Shown here: positions 10,001-21,966 of the stretch, in pieces
Layout: each line of letters opens with the position of its first letter
Position numbering within the stretch: the stretch's first letter is position 1
Assembly (NCBI GenBank): GCA_029717555.1
Contig: JAMDHS010000051.1
Coordinates: forward strand, 124,001-161,639
Reading direction: 5' to 3'
DNA: 37,639 nucleotides
From: Peribolospora baueri
Lineage: Eukaryota
Translations under genes and position numbers: made by a program
Notes under the pieces: generated by a model
What the model saw: the letters and a program-made list of their open reading frames with translations, nothing else
What the model was told of the DNA's origin: nothing
The model's database searches: none

Positions 10001-12157
10001 GAGGAGATGAGAGATGGATGGAGAGGGAGAAGGATGCCAAGCCGTGAAGGCATCTGCGCTCGATCCGTCGCTCGCCCGATCCTCTACTCGACTCGACTCG
10101 ACTCGACCCCGGCCAACCGTCGAGTCGGTCCGTTAGGGGTCGAGAGCGCACGAAGGAGGAGAGAGGGAGGGAAGGGGGAGGCGGCCACACAGGTCCGATT
10201 GCGTCTCGTCCGAGGATCCCCCCGCCCGGACCCAATCTCTCGCTCGCCCACGACCAGCCAGCCCGCCAGTCCGCCGGGTCCTCTCGCAAACGCCACGCTC
10301 GCCCTCGCGTTTGATCAGATGACGACGGCGGGAAAACGAGACGAAGGAGGGAGATGATGAAACGCATACGAAACTCATACCGTGCTCAATCAATCAATCA
10401 ATCAATCGGCCTGGCCTCCCAGCGCGCTCGTCTCGTCTCCTCTCGCCTGGCCCGCTATTTGTTGGCCGTTCAGCGACAGACAGAAAACAAAGAAGGCGGC
10501 GGGCGAGACGAATTGGAGCCGGGACTGGGGCTTGCCCTCCTCGGCTTCGACTCGGCTCGGCTCGGCTCGGCTCGGCTCGTGCTGTCCCGTCTCGTCTCGT
10601 ATCGGCTCGCGTCGCGGGAATGAGGAGAGGAGACAACACAGCCCGGAGACCGCCAGGGGCAAAGGTGGCTTGGCAAGGCAAGGGCTGCTGGCTGAGGCAG
10701 GCAGGCAGGGAGGAAGGGGGGAGAGGGAAGAATCGGGCGGCGGCGACGGAGGCGGAGACGGAGACGGAGACGGAGACGGAGACGGAGAAGGAGAAGGAGA
10801 AGGAGAAGGAGACTTGGACAAACATGTACGCGGCAGCCGCTGTCGCTGTGGAATGGCTCGCATCATCGCAAGCAAGAGCAGCCGCGCCGAGGCCGGCCTC
10901 GCTCGCCCTCGCCCTCGCCCTCGCACAAATCCGGTCAGCTCGGGGGCAAAGGCAAACGGCAACGGCAATGACAGCCGACCGTCCCTGTGACGCCCTCGCC
11001 CGTCATCACCCTTCCCTCGATATAATCACACATCCCGACCGCGTGCACGCACGAGACAGAGACAGAGAGATCGAGCCGTGGACTGAAAGCTACACCTGGC
11101 CAAATTCACTCACCTCGCCTCGCCCACGTGCGCCTCGTCTCGTCCCTTTGAAGCTTCGAAAACGGGGCGACGACGCGACGCCGGTTCTGATCGGTCGGTC
11201 GAGTGGACCGGTCGCGAGGAGACGGGTGGGACACGAGTTTTTTCGCCCGTGCCGTGCCTGGCTAGCAATAGTTCACCTAACGATCCTTCCTTCCTTCCTT
11301 TTCTGCGCTCTTCCGTCCTTTCCCTATTTCCTTTCGGTGGGGTGGTCCGCGTGGGGGTGAGAGGCCTTCGCCGCTCGCTCGCACCTCCGTCCGTCCGTCC
11401 TTCGGTCAAGGCCGATAGCGAAGTGCTGGCTCGGCGAGGGAAGTGGGCAAGTCGCGGCGGGAGGCAGGAAGGGAGCTTACAAGGATGGATGGAAGGAGAG
11501 CAGTGGGTGAAAGGATAGATCGGGAAGGGGGGGTGGGGTGGGGGGGGAGGGAGGGGGGACGTTTATTAAGGAGCGCCGTGCGTCTGGAGATGAGTCGGTG
11601 AGCAACGGGGAGTAGTCTAAGCAAAGCGGGAGGGAAGGAGCGTACGGTGGTACGTATGTAGGGTAGAAATGGTGGAAGTGTCTTGTGCTGCTCGCTTGCT
11701 TGGGCGACGGACGGTGGAGAGAGAAGAGCGGAGAGGAAGGACGATCCGGGCGCATGCGAATGCGAGCTCGATGACGGTTTTTCTCATCTAGCTAGTGTGT
11801 CGGTCGGTCTGTGCTTTGATGATCTTCTTTTCTGTAGAGTGCAGGCAAGGTAGCATGCCAGTCGTTGTTCTTACGCTTAGATACATGGAGCGTGCCGTAT
11901 CTCTGGGCACGCAGGAGCAAGCGAGGCAAGTCGAGGCGAGTCGAGCAAGGCAGGTCGGCCGCGAGGTGGATGATGAACGGACGCACCAGAGAGTTTCGCC
12001 TCGCCCTTCTTTCTTTCTTCCTCTCTCTCCACAAGCGCACGCAGCCGAGCCCCGCGCCGGATCGGATGTCTCGAGCGTCGCTCGCCCCCGTCGGAGCCAG
12101 CCAGTGGCGCCGGCGGACGCCCAGCCCAACGACGGCGGCGTCACTCACTCACGTCAT
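7099..12157 (-). CDS. FAM72: FAM72-domain protein with N-terminal polyQ; core exons 9264-8311 and 8217-7099, proposed upstream exons 12157-12153, 9743-9693, 9601-9586 (~714 aa)
   Basis: FAM72-like Cys-rich domain VFLLDCRSCGTFLSDRGMK|AILLL..LYSTDAPP..C..TCECLTQSLGCYTCGAAVGY..PCARC..GHRFVFH, restored by removing intron 8310-8218. The core is well supported. The 5' exons are inferred from splice sites and phase; the fallback start is ATG 9258. Confidence 0.75.
8476..8685 (-). repeat. CAG/CAA trinucleotide tract encoding an interrupted polyglutamine run (~60 Q)
   Basis: (CTG/TTG)n on the + strand, including a regular CTGCTGCTGTTG 12-mer period at ~8566-8630. Confidence 0.95.
10086..10924. repeat. 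Cluster of simple repeats: (ACTCG)4 at 10086, (CAAT)5 at 10387, (CTCGG)5 at 10551, (GGAGAC)5(GGAGAA)4 at 10754-10807, (CTCGCC)3 at ~10903
   Basis: Read directly from the sequence. Confidence 0.9.
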
Positions 12158-12947
12158 TGAAGTGGTCGGTCAGGCCAAGCGAGCGGTGAGACGTCGGCGA
12201 ATGAATAAGGTGCGGGCGGGCGTAGAGGAAGGGGAGGGGAGGGGAGGGAAGGGAAGGTCGAGGCGAGAGAGAAGGGGAGGCGGAAGCGACGGCGCACGAG
12301 AAGCGTTCGGACCGAACGAAGAAAAAGGAAAAACACGCCCGATCCTGTTTCGTCAGCGGACAAGGTCTACGAGACGAGTTAGAGCGTGAACGAGGAGCGC
12401 CTAGACGGAGACGACAAGGGAAGGTGGGAACGAATGGTGCGACGCCGTCCTCCCTTCCACGCCCCTCGCTCCCATCCATCTCCTACACCGAGATAAGGAC
12501 CCCCAGCTGGACGGAGACTAGGGCCCATGGCATGGCCAGCCACCGCCGAGGTGAAACCGGAGGGCTGTGGTGTCTCAGACGGGGATGACAGGAGCCAGCG
12601 GGTCGAGTTCGAGTTTCGGATTCGGAAACGATGGTTATGTGGCGAGGCGTGCTCCGTCGTTCAGCCACCGGCGCCGAGCTCGCACGACGACGACGACATT
12701 CCTCCCTCCCCATCCGGAAAACCAAAGGCAAGCAAGCGAGTGGAACGGCGCTCATTGCGTCCGCGTCTTCGTACCAGTGCACTCGGACCCTGGCACCAAC
12801 CACCAACAGGGCCGGCCTACATAGATAGATACCACCCACTTACTTCTCACGCCCGATTCATCCGGTCCGTGAGCTCGTGAGGCAGAGGCGAGGAGGACGG
12901 GGGAAAACGACCCAGCCGTTCTGTTCTCACACACATAACAGACCATA

Positions 12948-12974
12948 ACATACATACATACATACATACATACA
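12948..12974. repeat. (ACAT)6 microsatellite, read as (UGUA)n on the minus-strand RNA downstream of the RING gene
   Basis: Direct reading; lies ~760 nt after the RING gene stop codon. Confidence 0.9.
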
Positions 12975-13728
12975 GACCGGTGGGAGAGGAAAGAAGAGGA
13001 AAGCGTACGGCAATCCTCGTCTTCCTGCTGCGGGGGCGGGCACACCCTACCCTACCAAACCGCTGCTGCTGCCTGGCCGGCCATCTCACGACCGGCGAGG
13101 CGAGCACATATGTGCGCTCTGGAAAAGGGTTCTCGTCTGTTTTCCCTCTCCTCCTCAATTCGTGTTGGACCCTCCCCCCTTTCCCCTTCCTTGGACTTTG
13201 AAGCGCGCTCTCACGCTTGCTTCGTCGTTCGTGGACGACGATCGGCAGATAGACTTCCGGTGCGGTATGGGAATGAGATAATACGTGATCCGATGGATGG
13301 ATAAGAATGGACGGCGAGGCGACACGACCGAGGGAGATAACGTGCGGCAAGGCCGTTGTCGCGGATATGGACATACAAGAAAAAATGGAGAGGGAGGGAG
13401 GGAGGGTAGTATCGGAGAGAAAAGGGAGGACGGAAGCAGGGGCAAAGTACAATCTCAGTAACAAAGGAAGGGGAGAGAAAGAGGGATCCACGGGAAGGGA
13501 GGTTTGATGGAGAAAGCTGAGCTAGAGCGGCGGAAGACGAGAAATGTCCCTTGAAGGGAAGAGAGCGGATAGGAAGCGAGCGAGTGGAGCGTCACATGGA
13601 GGAGGAAGTGTACAGAGAGGAAGATAGCTCGCTGAAAGAGAGGCAAAAAGGAAGCAAACGGGAAGGGATAACGGACGGGGACGGGCGAACATGGCGGCGG
13701 GAGTGGATTGTTCAATTATACGTGCTCA

Positions 13729-16545
13729 TCACTGCGCGCGATCGTCGTCCGAAAGGTCCGCGCCCGAGCCTGCGTTCGTCTGCACTGGCAACCGTCCTTC
13801 TTCGGTTGGGTTTTGACCAGCACCAGCACCAGCACCAGCACCAGCACCAGCGGGCACCTCGGCGTCACCAGCACCTTCTGAAGCGGAAGCGGCCACGGTC
13901 TGCCTACTCCTCTTGTGATGGAGGCCATGCGTTTGAGCACGAATGGCGGCGATGTATCTCGAAAACCTGGCGCGATGCTGGGAAAAGGTCCCATGTCCGT
14001 GCCCACCGTGGCCGAGCCGCGCGCCTTCCCCGTCCGCCGAGTGGCCTAGTTGCCCCTCGTCCCCCCCCGTCTCCGCCAACCCTTCCGCACTGCCGCCACC
14101 GGCTTCGGCAAAAGTTCCCCCAACGGCGTAGGAAGAGTTGCCAAACTCGGAAAAGTCCTGTCTGCACAGCGGACAGACGGCGGAGACGTTGACGAGCCAC
14201 TCATCGACGCAGGCCACGTGGAAGGCGTGCTTGCCCGCGCAGGGGAGGACGCGCACGTCGTCCCCGTCTGTGAACTCGCACACGCAGATCGGGCACGTTT
14301 CCGTCGAGTCGATCTCCGATGGGTCTTCGTAGGGCGAGGAGTGCGGATGGGGTTGCTGGGAGGAGGACGAGGAGGAGGACGAGGGTTCGGCGGGAGCAGA
14401 CACAGCTGCGACGACGGCCAACTTTGCCTCCTCGCGCGTCGGAGGCGACCTAGAATCGGTCGAGAGCTTCGTCCGCTCCGCGTCGTACACCTCCTGCTCG
14501 ACGCCCGGCGACGAGGAAGGCGTCCTTCGCTTCTTGTGCTTTTCCCCCAAACCCTCCTCGTCCACCACGCCAGTAGCAGCGGCACCGGCAGCCTCGTCCG
14601 CTGTTCCTGTGGCGCTCACGAAGCTCCCTCCTTCCCCGTCGCCGTCGCCATCACTGCTGCCGCTCCAGTTCAATGACGTCGCGGCGGCTACGAGCGTACG
14701 GGCGCTTGCTGGATTCATGTTCGCTGAGATGGTCGGCATCGCAGAAGTGTTCACGTTTGCGACGCCGGCGACGGCCGCAGGAGAGGCCATCGAGTTCTTG
14801 TCGTGGTCTTGGTCGGCAATATAGGTCATAGCGAGGGCTTGGAGCTCGATGTCCTCTTTGCTTATATCAACGATGTCCTTAGCTCCGTCTCCCTCGCCCG
14901 TCTCCACATGCCGTCCTCCCACACCACCAGCATCGCTGGCGCTCTTGGTCGCATCGCCATCGCGCGCTACGACGCCTGCTCCCCATTCTTCGACACGTCC
15001 AGGCGGCGCATTTCGATGATACTTGACGACGGGGAACGTATCGAGCACGGCACGGGCGATACCGCCCACGCGCGTCTGACCGGACACCATTTCCCCATCC
15101 GGACCAAAACCGCCGGCACCGGTCGCGGCGCGAGGGCCGTAGCGCTCCGGATGGCGGATGGCGCGCACGGCACCGGTGAGGATGACGACGAGGAACATGA
15201 GCGTCACGAAACCGGTGATGGCCTGCGCATGGCGAGAAAAAACAGATCGGAATGGATGGGGAGGCAAGGACGTCCAATTAGGTCAGTTCGGCATCCGTCT
15301 ATCGTTCCATCGTCCCGCCCGATACGGCCCACAGCCGCGTCACGGCCTGCGACCGACGCGAGGCCAACTCCGACTCACATAGAGCACGATCATTGCTAGA
15401 CCGGTCTGGATGCCGCCACTCGGGGAGCCGCTGGGGCTCGCGCTACCGGTGGTGGTGCCGTTGTTCTGCAGCGTGAAGGTGCTGTTCATGCCTACGAGCG
15501 CCGTGATGAGATAGCCTTCTGAAGTAGTGTTGCTCATTCCCGTTATGCCTGATGGTCCCATGCGCGCGGCCGCTTCCTGTGGGGTGCAAATGCACCACGT
15601 GAAGAACAAAGTCCGGGCGGGAGGTGTCAGGAGCAGGATAATAGGACATGGGACGCCGAGACGATCTCACCGCAGACAAATTAGAACTCACGTCGAGAAA
15701 CGTCGCCGAAGCATTGAGTCGGGATGAGTTGTATGTCTGGTCCAGCGTGTCGATACGATCGAACTGTTGGTTGACGTAGCTGTAGAGGACAGAAAGAACC
15801 GTCCCGCCGTGAGCCTCGATCCAAGCTCAGGTCAATGCCTATGGCTCCGAAGGGAAGACAGAAACTTTCAAACACTCACAGCGCCGTCTTCGGGTCGGTA
15901 AAGCTGTATACGTCCAACACTTTTTCGAACTCGGGCGTCCCATCGTCGTTCGTCCCGCTGACGTAGTCCTCATCCATGAGGCAGGCAGCGCTGTACTTAG
16001 AGTAGAGCAATGCCGCGGAGGCGCCCCGATCGCGGGCGAGGGTGAAGATGTCATTGTCCATGCTGGAGGCCGTGCTGTTGTCATCGCAATTGATGAAGGC
16101 CACCCACGGCGCGTTGGTCGGATCTGAGATGGAGGGCGGGCCGGTTGTGTTGGCTTCGGTGAAGTGCAGGAAGGCGCCTCGGGCGAAAAAGGTGCTGTTG
16201 GGCATGGCAAGCTGGCAAACGAGGGAAAGTGGAGAGGATGCGCGAGAGGATGACGTGGGTTAGAGCAAAAGGCGACATTATTTTAGTCTGACGGACCGCA
16301 TTCCGCTAGCACACACTAGCCAAATACAGTCCCAGCCTCCGTCCTTTACTCACCTGCAAATTGACTGAGTGCGTATAGTGTCCGGCAGGCGGCTGCGTCC
16401 AGCCGAGCGAGAACGACCCGCCGGAGGAAAGGCCGGTGGTGTCGTTGGTGGGCATGGCGGGGATGTATGCGTCGGCGCAGCGGGGCAAGAGGAGGAACGC
16501 GACCGCCGTCGCGAGGCATGGGAGCATCGTGTGACCGAAGGCCAT
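13729..16545 (-). CDS. Signal peptide + PA-like luminal domain + TM + RING-H2 E3 ubiquitin ligase (PA-TM-RING type), 5 exons, ~767 aa
   Basis: Exons 16545-16354, 16211-15880, 15779-15692, 15576-15379, 15222-13729. Signal peptide ending ADA|YIPAMPTN, PWVAFINCD..DIFTLARDRGASAALLYS..C, TM GLAMIVLYAITGFVTLMFLVVILTGAVRAIRHPERYGPR, and RING-H2 CPICVCEF..VRVLPC..HAFHVACVDEWL..CPLC. Confidence 0.92.
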
Positions 16546-17175
16546 CGTGAGAGGAGTTGGGTAAGGGGTCGGTCGAGAAGGGCAGAAGACAGTTGGATGA
16601 GTTGGTTGGTTAGTCAAGACTCGGCGGTAAGGGATGGACACTGGCAAGGGATGGTTGGGGCCGATAGCGTTGGTGGTCGCCGCGCAGCGGTGAAGGAGCG
16701 AGGTGAAGATTGGGAGGGGATAACGATAGGTGGACTGGAGGTTGGACTCTCAGTCTCAGTCAGGTGAGGTGTATGCAATGTTGATGTGCTCGGTCGCTAT
16801 CTATATATCGGGGACGATGACGACGGTAATGCTCGACATAGACTGTCTCACCGACGGTGAGACGAGGCCGATCGTCGTTCCGTCGGTCAGCTTCAGCGGA
16901 GGACTATGGACATGCTCCTATGGCCGTCGCTCCTCGCTTGCTTGCTCGCTGCTTGACGGATGTTGGGCTTGGTGCTTTGCAGAGTAAGTGGGAGAGGTGT
17001 GGTAGTGATGGAAGAAGGGAACGACGGATGGGCAGGAGGGATGAGTAGGAGGAATGGTGTCGTCTCGCCGTTGCGGGGGCAATTCGATGAGGAATGAACG
17101 GAAGGAGCCGGCTCGGGGTATGAGAAGGAGGACGATGGAAGCACGAAAATGACAAGTTCGCTCGTCGCCGCTGCC

Positions 17176-17234
17176 GTCGTCGTCGTCGTTGTCGGTGATT
17201 GTTGTTGTTGTTGTTGTCGTCGTCGTCGTCGTCG
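17176..17234. repeat. Compound (GTC)n(GTT)n(GTC)n trinucleotide repeat in the divergent RING/CLC intergenic region
   Basis: Direct reading. Confidence 0.85.
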
Positions 17235-17485
17235 CCTCCTCTCTGCCCGCCTCGGTCGTAACCCCTGCGACTTCAGACGGACAGACTTGGGCCGCATCAC
17301 CGATGCACTCTGCTGCGGCATCCAGCCGCGATACCGTGCAGCTCCAGTCCGCTTCTTCTCGTCCAGCACGCTCTCCAATCCATCCCCATTCCTCCGCTCG
17401 CCATCCTCACCCTGCCCACACCCCCCGCTGGTGTCTGTAGAGGTCTGGCTTAGTGCGACCTCTTGGACACAGGCCAGCCAGAACC

Positions 17486-20400
17486 ATGGCGCCCCCACCC
17501 CCCTCGCCCGTCGATCACGCGGCTGCGTCCGCCGCAGCGGCGATCAGCTCGAGGCAGGCACGGGTGGACCAGGAAGAGCTGGAGGAAATCAGGCGAGTGG
17601 CTCGGTCAGCACAGGAAGGAAGACAGCTGGGCAGCACAGGCATTCGGGAACGTCGGGACTAGAGAGCCGGCGGTGTGCTGTATCGGTTCGAGCGTGTGTG
17701 GCCGTCCGAGACGCTGTGCTGAACAAACGATATCTTCTTCTTCATCACCTTGAAATGGATCAAGGCGATACGAAGACTTTACGACTATTGGTGCGCTCAT
17801 GTCGCTTCTCATTACGATTGCTCACGAGCTGGGGTTATGTGGCTCACATCTTTTTGTACTCTTCCTCGTCACAGATTGGATCCAAGACTCGCACAGGGAA
17901 CGTGCCCTCCGCGCGGCCCGCCAACGAGCAGCCCAAAAGCGGTTTTCCCTCTCCATCCTCCCCACTCTTTCCTCCTTACTCCGAAGACCCTCTCCCGATC
18001 CTCACTCCTCTACTTCCCTGCGCGGCCACCGCCGATCAAGATCAGCGTTCAAAAGGGCAAAGGACGACCCGCCCCATTGGTGGCCTCATCTCAACGGATG
18101 GGGGTACAGGTTCTGGCTGGCCTGGTTGGCAGCCAGAGGCGTTGGAGAGGAGATGACTAGCTGGTTCGTAACCGCTATGGTCGGTGAGTGATGAGGCTTC
18201 TTCGATGGACGAGCCGCATGGACTCGATTTCCAGCTGGTTGGGACGAGTCAAGTCGACCAGCTTCCGACGACTTTCGACCCACTTGTCTTCCTTCCCTTC
18301 CCACTTCATTTTCCCCTGCACACGCCGGCCACCCAGGCGCCCTAATAGGCATCAACATGGCCGTGATCAGCATCGTCACAGAGTGGCTCTCCGACCTCAA
18401 AATGGGCTACTGCCGCTCCAGTTGGTGGCTCAATGAAAAGTTCTGCTGCTGGGAATCATACGACTCCAAGCTCCCCGATGGCGCAGGTTCCCCCCCTGGT
18501 GGCAGCGTCACCCCCACTACCCCCGGTGGAGCGATCGTGAGGGCGATCTTGAGTGGCAGCTCTATGGGCGCTACTGCGCTTTTGCAGGGGAGAGCGGGGG
18601 AGAGCGTTGATACGTGTGAGAATTGGGTACCATGGAGCACGTGGACGGTGCCGAGCTGGTTCTTCTACGTCGTCTTTGCGGTGAGCCTTTGTACCTCGTC
18701 AGCGAAGCATCCCTCTGCCCGCGTCTAGACCTTCGCCTAGTTCTTTGCTAAATGCACTCTTCCATCTAACGACCTTCTGTTCCCTTCATTTCAGGCCCTT
18801 TTCGCCTTCGCTTGCGCTTTCCTCGTCCGTTCCTTCGCTCCCTACGCAGCCGGATCGGGCATCTCTGAGATCAAATGCATCCTCGCCGGCTTCATCATCA
18901 ACGGATACCTCGGGCCGTGGACACTCGCCATAAAGAGCTTGACGCTGGTGAGCCATTCAATTCTAACGTAGACGTCGCGAGATCGGTTTTGGGTGGGAGG
19001 AGATTGCAAAACTTTGGGTCCTTAAATGATTTCGTTTTCTCCTTTCTTTCTAGCCCCTTGCCATTGCCTCCGGCCTAAGCGTAGGCAAAGAGGGTCCCGC
19101 TGTACACGTTGCCTGCTGCATAGGAAACGTCGTCGCCAGGTTCTTTGAAAAGTTCAAGAGGAGTCAGGGTGCGTTCTAGCCGGGATCGGTTTTCGAGTAA
19201 AGCCACATTTTTGGCGGACAGCGTCCGCGCCAGTGTATGTTTCCGTTTGTTGATATCATGCGCTCTCTTCCTTCCTCCCTTGCAACGGCTGGCTCGACTC
19301 GGCTCTCGCAGCCAAGATGCGCGAAATTCTCACAGCTGCCTCAGCAGCGGGAGTGGCAGTGGCCTTCGGCTCGCCCATCGGCGGTGTCCTTTTCTCCCTT
19401 GAGGAGATGGCCATCAACTTCCCCTCCAAGACCATGTGGCGCTCCTTCCTTTGCGCCCTCGCCGGCACCGTCGCCCTCTCTGCCATGAGTCCGTACCGCA
19501 CCGGAAAGCTTGTCCTGTTCCAGGTGTCATATGATCGCGGATGGCACTATTTCGAAATTTGGTTCTTCATCATCATCGGCATCTTTGGAGTGCGTCGTTC
19601 ATCATCCGGTCCACTTTTTTCGCTGGCCGTGAGGAGAGTCAGCAAAGCGAAGCTCACTCGTCCTCCTCTTCGCGTGGCAGGGCCTCTACGGCGCGTTCGT
19701 GATCCGATACAACATCCAAGTCCAAGCCTTCCGCCGCAAGCATCTCGCAGCGTACGGCGTCTCCGAGGCCGTCGTCCTCGCCACGCTCACCGCCGCCGTC
19801 GGCTACTTCAACAAGTTCATCCGCATAGACATGACTGAGAGCTTGGAGGTGTTGTTCAGGGAGTGCGAAGGGGGAGGTGATTACGACAACCTTTGTCAGT
19901 GAGTACTTGTCGCCCTGTCGGATCGATCGATCGATCGATCCACCGTTTTCGATCGCCTTCATGGGCAGTTTCTAGCGGCTTCCCACGAGCCTTACCCTCC
20001 CTCCGCGTCGCTCGCTCGTCCGCAGGACTTCGACCCAGTGGCGAATGGTCAACTCGCTCCTCCTAGCCACCGTCCTAAGAGCCTTCTTCGTCGTTGTATC
20101 CTACGGCTGCAAAGTGCCCGCCGGCATCTTCGTGCCCTCCATGGCCGTCGGCGCCACTTTCGGTCGCATGATCGGCATCATCGTCAAGGCCATCTATCGC
20201 GCTAACCCTACGTCGAGGTTCTTTGCCTCCTGCGACCCAGATATCCCTTGCATCACTCCCGGCACTTACGCGTTCTTGGGCGCCGCTGCTGCGCTGGGGT
20301 GAGTGAAAGCCCGTCAACTTACGTTTGACTGGTGGACAGGATCGTTCGCAAATTTGCTCATCCTTCTTTGCCTTCCATACACTTCGTTCCTGAACGCAGC

Positions 20401-21966
20401 GGCGTGACCCGAATCACAGTCGCGGTAGTCGTCATCATGTTCGAGCTCACCGGTGCCCTGACATACATATTGCCGACCATGGTGAGTCTGGCAGGAATCG
20501 CGCCAGGCTCCAATTCACAGACGACCCTCTTCTTGACGCGTTCCCTTCCTTCTTGAATCTCCGACGACGCCAAACTCGCACAGATCGTTCTCATGGTTAC
20601 GAAAGCCGTCGGCGACTGGTACGGCAAGGGCGGCATCTCGGACAAGATGATTGTCTTCAATGGTTACCCCTTCCTCGACAAGGAGGAGCACGAATTTGGC
20701 ATCCCCGTGTCCAAGGTCATGAAGGGCCAGCCAAACGTGCTCTATGCGTCCGGTATGCGCCTCGACGAGGTCGAGGCGAAGATGCGCACCACAAAGTTTA
20801 GAGGCTTCCCACTTGTCAAGGACCCGACGGATTGGACATTACTAGGCTACTTGGGCAGGACAGAAATTCGGTTTGCTATCGGTGGGTCCCACACGGCCCT
20901 CACCCTCGGAACTCAGCTTACCTGCTCGAATTCCGATCATTGTCCTGATCTGACCGAACGGATTTTTTGACTGGTCGCCCTTTCGCCTTTTCAGACAAGG
21001 CCAAACAGATGCGCTCGCTCCCTCCAGAGACGCAGTGCATCTTCACGCTCACTGAAGTCAACGAGCTGCGAGACGTCGGGGACAGCAACGGCCCCCGGAG
21101 GATGGCCGGGGACGAGGACGAGGACGACGAGGACGAAGAGAGTGTTGCAGAGGACGAACAGGTGCTCCTCGAGAATGGCCTTGACGAGGCGACAAGTGAC
21201 CTCCTCGACTTGGGACCATGGGTCGATCAGACGCCTTTGACCGTCAGTCCTAAAATGGCCTTAGAGGTTGTCATGGACCTGTTTAAGAAGATGGGGTGAG
21301 TCAACCGTCCTTTTGGACTATACTCACTGGTTCGCAGACGAGTGTGCGGCACGTCTAGGAAGCCGCGCCCAGCTGCATCTCCCTGACGCTGCTCTCGTCC
21401 CTCGGGTTGGTTCACTTCTTTTTGCCCCCCTTCCCTGCGATACCAGCCCCCGCGTGGTCGTGGTAACGAACTTTGGCCAACTGGACGGACTCATCACGGT
21501 CAAGGATTGCCTTCGACACATCGCCGCCGAGGAGCGGGCGGCGGAGACTCGCAGTCTGGCGGAACGGCGGGAGCAGGCAGAGGCGGGTCGGGTGGCGGCG
21601 GGAGAGCTAGAGGAAGGGCTGGAGGAGCTGTGGGAGTGGGCGGGGCGGAAGATGGAGAACGTGATGGAGAGGGTACGCAGGTGGAGGGGTTTGCCGAGCC
21701 GGAGAGCCTGGACCGGTTGGCAGGCCGGCGGAAGGCGGGGCGATGGCGGAGTGCTCGGATTCGGTTCGACACGGTGGAGCGAACTGAGCTCCGGTTTTGG
21801 CTCGGGCTCTGGCGCCGGTTCACCGAGGGAAGGCGGCTCCGTATCGGACGCGCTCGGGGTCGAGACAGTCTTCGAGAACTCTGCGAGGACGTCGGAGGAG
21901 AGGAGAGAAGAGCTTTCTCAAGAGGAGGAACACGAGCAGCAGTTTGTCCTTGGCGCCGACGAGTGA
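17486..21966 (+). CDS. GEF1: CLC-family Cl-/H+ exchanger with CBS domains (Gef1/ClC-3-like), 13 exons, ~1007 aa
   Basis: Exons 17486-17592, 17765-17790, 17875-18183, 18337-18680, 18795-18947, 19054-19168, 19312-19589, 19681-19898, 20026-20298, 20400-20481, 20584-20881, 20995-21295, 21447-21966. Signatures [21 protein letters not shown] (gating Glu), GGVLFSLEE (proton Glu), [13 protein letters not shown], and CBS motifs. Symbol is by family. Confidence 0.94.
17593..17764 (+). other. GC-AG intron (first intron of the CLC gene)
   Basis: AG|GCGAGT donor and CAAG| acceptor join EEIR to RYEDFTTI(D)W. I found no GT donor/AG acceptor pair that restores this motif in frame. Confidence 0.82.

Noticed and set aside
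10551..10813. Repeat arrays as CRISPR-like structures
   Set aside because: Simple tandem microsatellites with no unique spacers, in a eukaryotic context with no cas genes.
10382..11360. Overlapping 140-250 aa ORFs with ETETET/EKEKEK, GDGDGD or SPSPSP runs
   Set aside because: Produced by hexamer microsatellites that are open in several frames on both strands; no coherent gene structure.
13814..13850. (CCAGCA)n repeat reading HQHQHQ in a plus-strand ORF
   Set aside because: It is the antisense of the (Ala-Gly)n tract in the RING ligase C-terminal tail.
17149..18156. 335-aa ORF starting upstream of and overlapping the CLC gene (poly-V/C/R start)
   Set aside because: Built on the GTC/GTT repeat, out of frame with CLC, and running through two introns; probably starts upstream of the transcription start.
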